The translations under genes were made by a program, and so were the position numbers. This document shows, piece by piece, positions 1 to 11,219 of a stretch of 64,000 bases of DNA. The notes below the pieces were generated by a model, which was not told where the DNA came from, made no database searches, and worked only from the letters and a program-made list of their open reading frames with translations. Each line of letters begins with the position of its first letter. The stretch's first letter is position 1. The DNA comes from Mobula hypostoma (taxonomy: Eukaryota): NCBI RefSeq assembly GCF_963921235.1, contig NC_086097.1, forward strand, positions 192,016,001-192,080,000, given 5' to 3'.

Positions 1-2000
1 GTGGGACCTTGTCAAAAGCCTTTTGAAAATCCAAATATACCACATCCACTGGTTCTCCCCTATCCAATCTACTAGCTACATCCTCAAAAAATTCTATGAG
101 ATTCGTCAGACGTGACTTTCCTTTCACAAATCCATGCTGACTTTGTCCGATGATTTCACCGCTTTCCAAATGTGCTGTTATCACATCTTTGATAACTGAC
201 TCCAGCAGTTTCCCCACCACCGACGTTACGCTAACCGGTCTATAATTCCCCGGTTTCTCTCTCCCTCCTTTTTTAAAAAGTGGGGTTACATTAGCCACCC
301 TCCAATCCTCAGGAACTAGTCCAGAAGCTAAAGAATTTTGAAAAATTATCACTAATGCATCCACTATTTCTTGGTCTACTTCCTTAAGCACTCTGGGATG
401 CAGACCATCTGGCCCTGGGGATTTATCTGCCTTCAATCCCTTCAATTTACCTAACACCACTTCCCTACTAACATGTATTTCCCTCAGTTCCTCCATCTCA
501 CTGGACCCTCTGTCCCCTACTATTTCCGGAAGATTATTTATGTCCTCCTTAGTGAAGACAGAACCAAAGTAGTTATTCAATTGGTCTGCCATGTCCTTGC
601 TCCCCATAATCAATTCACCTGTTTCTGTCTGTAGGGGACCTAAATTTGTCTTAACCAATCTTTTTCTTTTCACATATCTATAAAAGCTTTTACAGTCAGT
701 TTTTATGTTCCCTGCCAGTTTTCTCTCATAACCTTTTTTCCCCTTCCTAATTAAGCCCTTTGACCTCCCCTGCTGGACTCTGAATTTCTCCCAGTCCTCA
801 GGTGAGCCACTTTTTCTGGCTAATTTGTATGTTTCTTCTTTGGAATTGATACTATCCCTAATTTCCCTTGTCAGCCACGGGTGCACTACCTTCCTTGATT
901 TATTCTTTTGCCAAACTGGGATGAATAATTCTTGTAGTTCATCCATGTGATCTTTAAATGCTTTCCATTGCATGTCCACCGTCAACCCTTTAAGTGTCAT
1001 TTACCAGTCTATCTTAGCTAATTCACGTCTTATACCTTCAAAGTTACCCTTCTTTAAGTTCAGAACCTTTGTTTCTGAATTAACTATGTCACTCTTCATC
1101 TTAATTAAGAATTCCAGCATATTATGGTCACTCTTACCCAAGGGGCCTCTCACGACAAGATTGCTAATTAACCCTTCCTCACTGCTCAATACCCAGCCTA
1201 GAATAGCCTGCTCTCTAGTTGGTTCCTCGACATGTTGGTTCAAAAAACCATCCCGCATATATTCCAAGAAATTCTCTTCCTCAGCACCCTTGCCAATTTG
1301 GTTCAGCCAATCTATATGTAGATTGAAGTCACCCATTATAACTGCTGTTCCTTTATTGCACACATTTCTAATTTCCTGTTTAATACCATCCCCAACCTCA
1401 CTACTACTGTTAGGTGGCCTGTACACAACTCCCACCAGCGTTTTCTGCCCCTTAGTGTTATGCAGCTCTACCCATATCGATTCCACATCCTCCTGGCTAA
1501 TGTCCTTCCTTTCTATTGTGTTAATCTCCTCTCTAATCAGCAATGCTACCCCACCTCCTTTTCTTTCATGTCTATCCCTCCTGAATATTGAATATCCCTG
1601 AATATTGAGCTCCCATCCCTGGTCACCCTGGAGCCATGTCTCTGTGAGCTCAACTACATCATATTCATTAATAACGATCTGCACTTTTAATTCATCCACC
1701 TTGTTACGAATGCTCCTTGCATTGACACACAAAACCCTCAGGCTCGCTTTTACAACACTCTTAGCCACTTTGAAAAGTGGCCCTTTTTGATTTTTGCCCT
1801 GGATTTGCCGGTCTGCCACTTTTACTTTTCACCTGACTACTTTTTGCTTTTACCCTCATTTTACACCTCTCTGTCTCTCTGCACTTGTTCCCATCCTCCT
1901 GTTGTGGACTAACCTCCTCTCTCCTAGTCTCTTTAATTTGATTCCCACCCACCAACCATTCTAGTTTAAAGTCACCTCAGTAGCCCTCGCAAGTCTCCCC
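1..2000 (-). mobile_element. CR1-clade LINE, 5' part of ORF2 (AP endonuclease and linker running into RT; continues off the window start)
   Basis: ORF 1001-1819 carries the APE motifs NARSI, TETWL, GGGVAL, YRPP, GDFN and SDH. Sequence at 1-1000 continues as disrupted CR1 ORF2 (rev-comp gives PGPDG and QHGF motifs and ends near DFQKAFDKVP). Confidence 0.93.
1001..1819 (-). pseudogene. CR1 ORF2 apurinic endonuclease domain (open for 272 aa, then a stop)
   Basis: Motifs VNARSIRNK, ETWL, YRPP, MGDFN, SDHN in the ORF track. Confidence 0.88.
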
Positions 2001-5000
2001 TGGGGTTACCCATAGCCCTCTGTTTTACAAAGCTCCATGTGCCTATTCAGGAGTCTCATAAAAGACCCTACTGTATCCAGCTCCACCACTGTCGCCGGCA
2101 GCCCATTCCACGCACTCACCACTCTCCGCGTAAAAAAACTTGCCCCTGACATCTCCTCTGTACCTACTTCCAAGCACCTTAAAACTGTGCCCTCTCGTGC
2201 TAGCCATTTCCGCCCTGGGAAAAAGCCTCTGACTATCCACACGATCAATGCCTCTCATCATCTGATACACCTCTATCAGGTCACCTCTCGTCCTCCATCG
2301 CTCCAAGGAGAAAAACCCAAGTTCACTCAAACTATTCTCATAAGGCATGCTCCCCAATCCAGGCAACATCCTTGTAAATCTCCTCTGCAACCTTTACATA
2401 GTTTCCACATCCTTCCTGTAGTGAGGTTACCAAAACTGAGTACAGTACTCCAAGTGGGGTCTGACCGGGGTCTACTATAACTGTAAAATTACCTCTCAGC
2501 TCTGGAACTCAATCCTTCGGTTGATGAAGACCAATGTACCGTATGCCTTCTTAATCACAGGGTCAACCTGTGCAACAGCTTTGAGTGTCCTATGGACGCG
2601 GACCCCAAGATCCTTCTGATCCTCCACACAGCCAACAGTCTTACCATTAATACTATACTCTGCCATCACACTTGACTTACCAAAACGAACCACCTCACAC
2701 TTATCTGGGTTGAACTCCATCTGCTACTTCTCAGCCCAGTTTTGCATCCTATCTATGTCCCGCTGTAATCTCTGACAGCCCTCCACACTATCCACAACAC
2801 CCCAACCTTTGTGTCATCAGCAAATTGACTAATCCTTCGCTCCACTTGCTTATCCAGGTCATTTATAAAAATCATGAAGAGTAGGGGACCCAGAACAGAT
2901 CCCTGAGGCACACCACTGGTCACCAACCTCCATGCAGTATATGACCCACCTACAACCACACATTGCCTTCTGTGAGCAAGCCAATTCTGGATCCACAAAG
3001 CAACGTCCCTTGGATCCCGTGCCTCCTTACTTTCTCAATAAGCCTTGCATGGGGTACCTAATCAAATGCCATGCTGAGATCCATGTAGACTACATTTTCT
3101 GCTCTACTTTCATCAATGTGTTTAGTCACATCCTCAAAAAATTCATTCAGGCTCATAAAGCACGACCTGCCTTTGACAAAGCTACGCTGACTATTTTCTA
3201 ATCATATTATGCCTCTCCAAATGTTCATAAATCCTGCCTCTCAGGATCTTCTCCATCAACTTAACAACCACTGAAGTAAGACTCACTGGTCTATAATTTC
3301 CTGGGCTACCTTTACTTCCTTTCTTGAATAAGGGGACAACTTCTGCAACCGTGCAATCTTCCGGAACCTCTCTCATTCCCATTGACGATGCAAAGATCAT
3401 TGCCAGAGGCTCAGCAATCTCCTCCCTCATCCATCACAGTAGCCTGGGATATATCTCTTCCAGCCCCAGTGAATTATCCAACTTTATGCTTTCCAAAAGT
3501 TCCAGCACAACTTCTTTCTTAATGTCTCTCTGCTCAAGCTTTACAGTCCACTGCAAGTCATTCCTACAATTGCCAAGGTCCTTTTCCGTAGTGAATACTG
3601 AAGTAAAGTGTTCCTTAAGTACCTCCACTACCTCCTACGGTTCCATACACACTTTTCCACCGTCACACTTGATTAGTCTTTATTCTCTCATGTCTTTTCC
3701 TCTTGTTCTTCACATACTTGCAGAATGCCTTGGGGTTTTCCTTAATCCTGCTCGCCAAGGCCTTCCCATTGCCCCTCCTGGCTCTCCTAATTTCATTTTT
3801 AAGCTCCTTCCCACTAGCCTTATAATCTTCTAGATCTAGAACACAAGAAATAGGAGCAGGAGTAGGCCATCCGGCCCATTGAGCCTGCCCCACCATTCAA
3901 TAAAATCATGGCTGATCTGTCCGTAAATTCAGCTCTATCTACCTGCCTTTTTCCCATAACCCTTAATTCCCCTACTATGTAAAAATCTATCTCACTGTAT
4001 CTTAAATATATTTAGTGAAGAAGCCTCAGCTGCTTCCCTGGGCAGAGAATTCAACAGATTCACTACTCTTTGGGAAAAACAGTTTCTCCTCATCTCCATC
4101 TTAAATCTTCTCCCCGGAATCTTGAGGCAATGTCCCCTAGTTTTAGTTTCACCTACAAATGGAAACAACTTTCCTACTTCTATTTTATTTATCCCTTTCA
4201 AAATTTTGTATGTTTCTGTAAGATCCCCTCTCATTCTTCTGAACTTCAGAGAGTATAGTCCCGGGCGACTCAATCTCTCCTCATAGGTTATCCCCTTCAT
4301 CCCTGACATCAACCTGGTGAACCTCCTCTGCACTGCCGCCAAAGCCAGTATATCCTTTCTCAAGTATGGAAACCAGAACTGTACACAATACTCCAGGTGA
4401 GGCCTCACCAGTACCCTGTATAGTTGCAGCATGACCTCCCTGCTCTTGAATTCAATCCCTCTAGCAATGAAGGCCAACATTCAATTTGTTTTCTTAATAA
4501 CCTGTTTTACCTGCTAGCCAACTTTTTGTGATTCATGCACAAGCACTCCCAAGTCCCTCTGCACAACAGCATACTGCAAACTTTCACCACTTAAATAATG
4601 ATTTGCTCTTCTATTATTCCTTCCAAAGTGGATGATCTCTATCATTACTTGTTTTTTTGAATCTTTCGTAAACTTTTCTTTTCTCCTTGACTAGATTTTC
4701 AACAGCCTTTGTACACAATGATTCCTGTACCCTATCATCCTTCCCCTGTCTCATTGGAGCGTACCTTTGCAGAACACCATGCAAATATCCCCTGAACATT
4801 TGCCACTTTTCTGCCATACATTTCCCTGAGAATATCTGTTCCCAATTTATGCTTCCAAGTTCCTGCCTGATAGCTTCATATTTCCCCTTACTCCAATTAA
4901 ACGTTTGCCTAACTTGTCTGTTCCTATCCCTCTCCAATGCTATGGTAAAGGAGATAGAATTGAGATCACTATCTCGAAAATACTCTCCCACTGAGAGACC

Positions 5001-5706
5001 TGACACCTGTCCGGGTTCATCTCCCAGTACCAGATCAAGTACGGCCTCTCCTCTTATAGGCTTACCTACATTTTTTTTAGGAAACCTTCCTGAACACACC
5101 TAACAAACTCCACCCCATCTAAACTCCTTGCTCTAGAGAGAAGCCAATCAATATTTGGGAAATTAAAATCTCCCAGCACGACAACCCTGTTATTATTACA
5201 GCTTTCCAGAATCTGTCTCCCTATCTGCTTCCCGATGTCCTTGTTACTATTGGGTGGTCTATAAAAAACACCCAGTAGAGTTATTGACCCCTTCCTGTTT
5301 CCAACTTCCACCCACAGGGACTCAGTAGACAATTCCTCCTACACTTCCTCCTTTTCTGCAGCCATGACACCATCTCTGATCAATAGTACCATGCCCCCAT
5401 CTCTTTTGCCTGTCTTCCTGTCCTTTCTGAAACATCTAAAGCCTGGCACTCTCAGTAGCCATTCCTGCCCCTGAGCCATCCAAGTCTGTTAATGGCCACA
5501 ACATCATAGCACCAAGTACAGATCCATGCTCTAAGCTCATCCACTTTGTTCATGATACTCCTTGCATTTAAATAGGCACATCTCAAACCATCAGTCTGAG
5601 CGTATCCCTTCTCTATCACCTGCCTATCCTCCCTCTTACACTGTCTACAAGCTTTCCCGATTTGTGAGCCAACCACCCCTTCCTCCGTCTCTTCAATTCG
5701 GTTCCC
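2001..5706 (-). mobile_element. CR1 LINE (family B), nearly complete but decayed ORF2, interrupted by a nested CR1 at 3838-4633
   Basis: Fragmented ORFs give APE (YRPPNS, GDFNFP), [27 protein letters not shown] and the C-terminal TRGH motif. Sequence resumes across the nested insert. Confidence 0.92.
3838..4633 (-). mobile_element. 5'-truncated CR1 (different subfamily) nested in the family B CR1
   Basis: ORF 3992-4480 (LVRPHLEYCVQFW...TRGH) plus CR1 3'UTR; GATCT is repeated at 3833-3837 and 4634-4638. Confidence 0.88.
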
Positions 5707-6599
5707 ATTTTTATATTTTTATTTCACCTTTCCATCGGAATTTGGTCACAGCAGAATCAAGAAATGACAGTTCCAGCTTAGTTCCCTTTTATTTTTTGAA
5801 AAGATCAAATAAAGATATAGTTCATTGATATTTTAAAGAAAACAGATAAAACATATATACATAAGTATTAAAAGAGAAAAAAAGAATGCTTTATCTATGT
5901 TTGAAACATAATTTGGCACAAGAGATTCTGCACATGCTGGAAATCCAGAGAAACACTTCCAAAATACTGGAGGAACTGAGGAGGCCAGTCAGCATCAATC
6001 GAGAAGAATAAACAGTTGACGTCTTGAAGAGGGTCTATGCTCAGAATATCGGTTGCTTATTGCAGAGGATAAGAAGCTAATTCTGAATATGGGATTAGCC
6101 ATGTAGAAAATTCCATGAGATTTATTGCTAGTTCTCTGTCAGTCCTTCACAGGAAATGGGATTGAAACTGTGGGCTTTAGATTATATTCATTACGCTCAG
6201 GCCATGGCTGAACTCGTGGTGCTTCATGTGCAGAGTTGGTTCTAACCTGCACTTGAAGCCAGCCAGTGCCTCTCCATGACTTTTGGAGCCCTGCATCCTC
6301 TAGGAAATTTCTGCTGGGAAATCACGTGTAGTAATTTCAAAGTATTAGCTTGGTTCGATAGTGATTACATGGACTGCACCTTCACATGTCCTCCACTCCA
6401 ATCAGTTCAACTTTCACTTACTTTTTTTCTTCCAGATCATATCTGCACATTAAAACAGAAAGATGATTTAGGGGGAAAGAAAAGCACCAGGACATTTCAA
6501 ATATTACAGCAGATTAGTAGTTTACTGGGTTCTACGATTCCCGGCTCCATTCATTTAATTCTGATTTTTGCAGATGAGTAACAGCCTATGGAGTGCATG

Positions 6600-7735
6600 A
6601 ACACAAAAGATTCTGGAAATCCTGAGCAAAATACACAAAACACTGGAGGAACTCAGCATATCAGGTAGCACCCATTCAACATTTCGGGCCAAGAGCCTTC
6701 TTCAGGACTGGAAAAGAAGGGGGAAGATGCCAGAATAAAAAAGTTTGGGTTAAGGGAAGAAGGATAACTAGAAGGAGATAGGTGAAGCCAGGTGGGTGGT
6801 ATAGATAACCAGGCTGGAGATAAAGAAACCTGATTGGAGTGGAGAGTGAAACAGTAGAAATGGAAGGAGAAGGGGCACTAGGATGAGGTGATAGCAAGTG
6901 AGAAGAGATAAATAGCAGAGTGGGGAATAGAAGAAGAGGGGAGGGAGGAGAGAAAACTTTTTTTTAACCAAAAGAAGAAATTAATATTAGTGTCATTGGG
7001 TTGGAGGATACGTAAACAGAATAAGGTGTTGCTCCCCAACCTTGAGGGTAGCCTCATTGTAGAACAAAAGGCCGCAGACCAACATGCAGGAACAAGAATG
7101 AGAATCGAAATTAAAATGTTAAGCCACCAGAAATTTCCACTTTTGATGGTTGGAGCAGAGGTGCTCGATGAAGCAGTCCCCAACTTACGAAGGGTCTCAC
7201 CAATGTAGAGAAGTCTGCATCAGGAGCATCAGATACAATAGACAATCCCAGCAGATTTGCAGGTGAAATGTTGCCACACGTGGAGGTACTGTATGGGTCC
7301 AAGAATGAAGGTGAGGGAGGAGGTAAGTGGGAGGCTGTAACACTTCAGCTAATTTCAGGGATAAGTGCCAGGAGAGAGAGCGATTAGAGGGGTGGGATGA
7401 ATGGACAATGAAATCATGGAGGGAATGAGCCCCGTGTAAAGTGCAGAGATGGTGGGGAGGTAAAGATACGTTTGGTGGTAAGATTTCTTTGGAGATGATG
7501 GAAGTTGCAGGGAATAACGTGTTGAATGCAGAGGCTCATGGGGGAGGTAGGTAAGGACAAAAGGAACTCTATCTCTGTTAAAATGGTGGGAAGATGGGGT
7601 GAGCACAGATGTTTGGGAAATGGAGGAGATGTGGATGAGGGCAGCAGCAACTGCGGAGAAAGGGAAATCTCATTCTTTGAAGAAGAAAGACATCTTTGAT
7701 ATTCTGGGAAGAAAAGCCTCTTCCTGGGAACTGGT
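6600..7735 (-). mobile_element. Penelope-like retroelement 3' part: decayed GIY-YIG endonuclease plus terminal repeat (pLTR)
   Basis: Rev-comp near 7180-7256 reads GIVYCI*CS*CRLLYIGETLRKL (GIY-YIG with CxxC). A pyrimidine-rich 3'UTR follows, then the hammerhead-bearing terminal repeat. Confidence 0.85.
6676..6710 (-). ncRNA. Minimal hammerhead ribozyme motif (partly degenerate)
   Basis: Rev-comp reads AGUC CUGAAGA AGGCUCUUGGCCC GAAAUGUU GA. Confidence 0.5.
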
Positions 7736-8046
7736 GCAGACTGCACAATACTATAAACAGAGACTCTACCCAAATGGCAGTGATGAAGGTGTATATATAC
7801 ACAGAACCACTTAATTATCTCAAGTTATAATGTGAGAATTGGAAGCATGCTTCTGTTCAAATAGGACTTAAAATTATTTCCAACTCAAACTAACGTTGAA
7901 TATAAAGGGAAATCAGTTGAAAAGATCTAGGAGCCCATTGAATTCTTTGAATGTCTGCTGTCAGCTGAACATAATAGTAAAATAAAATACACTAAGTGGC
8001 AACAAAGTGGATTAAAATAGTCCGTTTCAAAACGGACTAATTGCTA

Positions 8047-8270
8047 GGTGTGGCACGGTAGTGCTGCAGTTATGCCAGCGACAGGGCTCAATTCCCGCCA
8101 CTGCCTATAAGGAGTTTGTAAGTTCTCCCTGTGACTGCGTGGGTTTCCTCCCACGTCCCACGTATGGGTTAGTCGGGTAACTGGCCACATGGATGTAATT
8201 GGGCAGCCCAGTCTCATTGGTCCAGAAGGGCCTGTTACCATGCTGTGTCTCCAAATAAATAAATAAATAA
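8047..8270 (+). mobile_element. tRNA-derived SINE (V-SINE/HE1-like)
   Basis: Box A-like TGGCACGGTAG, box B-like GGCTCAATTCC, central GTGGGTTTCCTCCCAC, (TAAA)n tail; related copies at 18320-19155 and about 9000-9090. Confidence 0.72.
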
Positions 8271-8799
8271 CATTCAATCCATTTACTTGTTCAGTTCAAA
8301 AATATAGTTATAAGAGATCTTTCAGGCAGTAAAATGCGTATTGCTGATTATATTTATATTGTGGGTGGCCTTTGCTTTAAAAGAATATTTAGAGCAAAAT
8401 GGTAAACCCATTGTAAACAATCTCAAGTCATCAAAAGAATTAGTAATGCTAAACCTGCTACGTATATACAGTACACAGCTACATAATATGCTCCACTTCC
8501 CAAATTTGGCTCCAGTGATTTAAAGAAAAAGTAAATCCCAATTATTGAATAGAATGTACAGCACTATTGTTTACAGCTTAACATTACCAGTAAAAATGAA
8601 TTTCTTGGCAATAATGTTTAGACAGAAATATATAGAAATACATTGAAAATAATGTATGTATCCTTCTCAATAACTTACTACCAAGTTTCTGCATATCTAA
8701 TTATTGTGTGAGGCTAGGTTGGGTAGTCACAGAAAATGGTAATGTGATCCCTAATCAACCTGCTTTATCAAGGCAAAATTCAGGGCAGGCCTTCTATTT

Positions 8800-8833
8800 G
8801 TCCTGACGAAGGGTTCCGGCCCGAAACGTCGAC
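8800..8833 (+). ncRNA. Minimal type I hammerhead ribozyme motif, intact core
   Basis: GUC CUGACGA AGGGUUCCGGCCC GAAACGUC GAC. Stem I is GUC/GAC, the core is CUGANGA...GAAA, and the predicted cut is after C8830. Confidence 0.7.
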
Positions 8834-8928
8834 CAATCTTTTCCACGGATGCTGCCCGACCTGCTGAGTTCCTCCAGCATGTTGCGAGTGTTGCTTTGAC
8901 CCCAGCATCTGCAGATTATTTTGTGTTT
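8801..8928 (+). mobile_element. 128-bp PLE terminal-repeat mini-insertion beginning at the hammerhead
   Basis: Flanked by the direct repeat AAAATTCAGGGCAGGCCT(T)CTATTTG at 8775-8800 and 8929-8953; sequence matches the PLE ends elsewhere in the window. Confidence 0.85.
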
Positions 8929-9090
8929 AAAATTCAGGGCAGGCCTCTATTTGCACATGGTGTCCCACCCAAACCACAGGCATATCTAAATTGTCTTAAC
9001 CAAGCTCAGTCAGGGCTAACCCAACTTCAATTCCCGCTGCTGATTCTAAGGAGTTTTTACATTCTCATTGTGACAGCGTGAGTTTCTTCC

Positions 9091-10080
9091 AGTTGACTGT
9101 GTGGCTAAGCACAGCTCCAATGCCATATTTAAGTTTGCTGATGACATCATTGTCAATGGTGAATCAGCGTACAGGTAGGAGACTGAAAATCTGACTGAGT
9201 GCTGCCACAACACCAACCTCTCGCTCGATGTGAGGAAGACCAAAGAGCTGATTATTAGCTTCAGAAGGAGGAAACAGGAGGTCCATGAGACAGTCCTCAT
9301 CAGGAAATCAGAGGTGGAGAGGGTCAGCAACGTTAACTTCATTGATGTTACCATTTCAGAGGAACTGTCCTTGGTCTAGTACACAAGTGCCATTATGAGA
9401 AAAGCTTGACGGCATCTCTACTTTCTTAGAACTTTGCAAAGGTTCAGCATATCATCTTAAACTCTGACAAACCTCTATAGATGTGCAGTGGAGCCGATAC
9501 TAACTGGTTGGATCACGGTCTGGTATGGAAACACCAATGTCCTTAAATGGAAAAGCCTACAAAAATGATTGGATATAGCTCGCTCCATTATGGGTAAAGC
9601 CCAGCCCACCACTGAGCAGATCTACAAGGAGTACTGTCACCAGAAAGCAGCACCCATCATCAAGAACCACCAATATGGGGCCATTCTCTCTTCTCGCTGC
9701 TACCATCAGGAAGAAGGTACAAAAGCTTCAGGACCCACACCACCAGGTACAGAAACAGTTATTACTCCTCAGCTATCAGGCTCCTGAACCAATGTGGATA
9801 ACTTTGCTCACCCCAGCATTGAGCTATCCCACAACCAATAGACTCATTTATAATGACTCTTCATTTCATGTTCTCATATTTATTTCTTCCTATTATTTTC
9901 GTTTTGTATCTGCAGTTTGTTGTCCATAATTGGTTGTTTGTCCATCTTGTTGTGTGTGGTTTTTCATTGATTCTATTGTATCTCTTTGTATTTATGGTGA
10001 ACATCCACAAGAAATGAATCTCAGGGTTGTATATGGAGACATATATATAATTTGATAACAAATTTACCTTGAACTTTGAC
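9091..10080 (+). mobile_element. Rex1/Babar LINE 3' fragment, inserted within a SINE
   Basis: KFADD and ...KTKELII motifs, 3'UTR ending in a TTGAACTTTGA-type tail; SINE pieces flank it at about 9000-9090 and 10085-10140. Confidence 0.8.
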
Positions 10081-11007
10081 CTTTGCTCTGATTTATTACC
10101 ACATTCCAAAGACATACAGGTTATTCTTAGTAAGTTGTGGATATGGTTTGCTGATGCCAGAAGCATGGAGAAAGTTGTGGGCTACCCCTTGCACATTGAT
10201 ACATTTCACGGTATATTTTGATGTTATGATGTGCATGAGACAAATAAAGATAATCCATCATCCTTTTGCTCCATTGAACCTTCACATATCTAGCACTGCT
10301 GCAAGCATACAAAGAGATCTTGTAATTTACAGACACTGCAGTTATCCAACCGTGACAGGCATGTTGTTCAAGTACAGCAGTCATACCTCTCCACACTTGA
10401 AGGTGAAGATATCACACATCCAGAAGCACTAGCACAGAATGCAAGCAGTTGTGTGCATGTGGAGGAGACCGTGTTTAGCGATGTTAGAATCATTTGTATC
10501 CAGATACATAATCACACATACATACTCGCACTTCTAACATCTCACTGCATTGCCACCCATCCCACCATGTTGTCCACTTACCCTTCTCTAATTGAGGTCT
10601 ATATCCTCCTCTTACTTGGCTCCCAGCACCACAATCCAGCACTCCTCTTGGTGAAAATGCAGACGCATTGTCAATGAACATTTTCAGCTACAAGTTTACA
10701 TGTTGATAGTTTGTGCAATGTTGACGTTAAAGTCAAAGTAGAATCTGCACACTGTTTGCATGCAGCTAGGACAGCAAGAAAGGATTCGTCCAGTCTCAAC
10801 TTGTGAGAAGTTCATGTGGGATATGAGCTCTTTTACAGATGACTTAAATAGCTGATGGGTTTGCATAATAATAAAAACCTGGGGGGCAATGATAGACTTT
10901 TGAGAAAGCTTGCATGCAGTGCCAAAGACCATGGAGAAAGTAGATATAGGACCTGCTCAGATTGCAACCTGATCTAACTAGCATGAAAATGCACGTTAAT
11001 GCAACAA

Positions 11008-11219
11008 CACACACACACAAAATGCTGGTGGAACACAACAGACCAGGCGGCATCTATTGGAAGAGGTACAGTCGATGTTTCAGGCCGAGACTGTACTGTA
11101 CCTTGCCCGAAATGTCAACCGTACCGCTTCCAATAGATGCTGCCTGGCCTGCTGCGTTCCACCAGCATTTTGTGTGTGTTGCTTGAATTTCCAGCATCTG
11201 CAGATTTCCTCGTGTTTGT
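11008..11219. mobile_element. PLE fold-back (inverted terminal repeat) hairpin insertion
   Basis: Inverted arms of about 80 bp; direct repeat GT(T/C)AATGCAACAA at 10995-11007 and 11220-11232; 37-nt unpaired tail at 11183-11219. Confidence 0.8.

Noticed and set aside
972..1601. 209-aa plus-strand ORF (and similar ones at 3324-3833, 4687-5103, 48863-49255, 57074-57451)
   Set aside because: Antisense shadows of LINE coding sequence with no independent protein features
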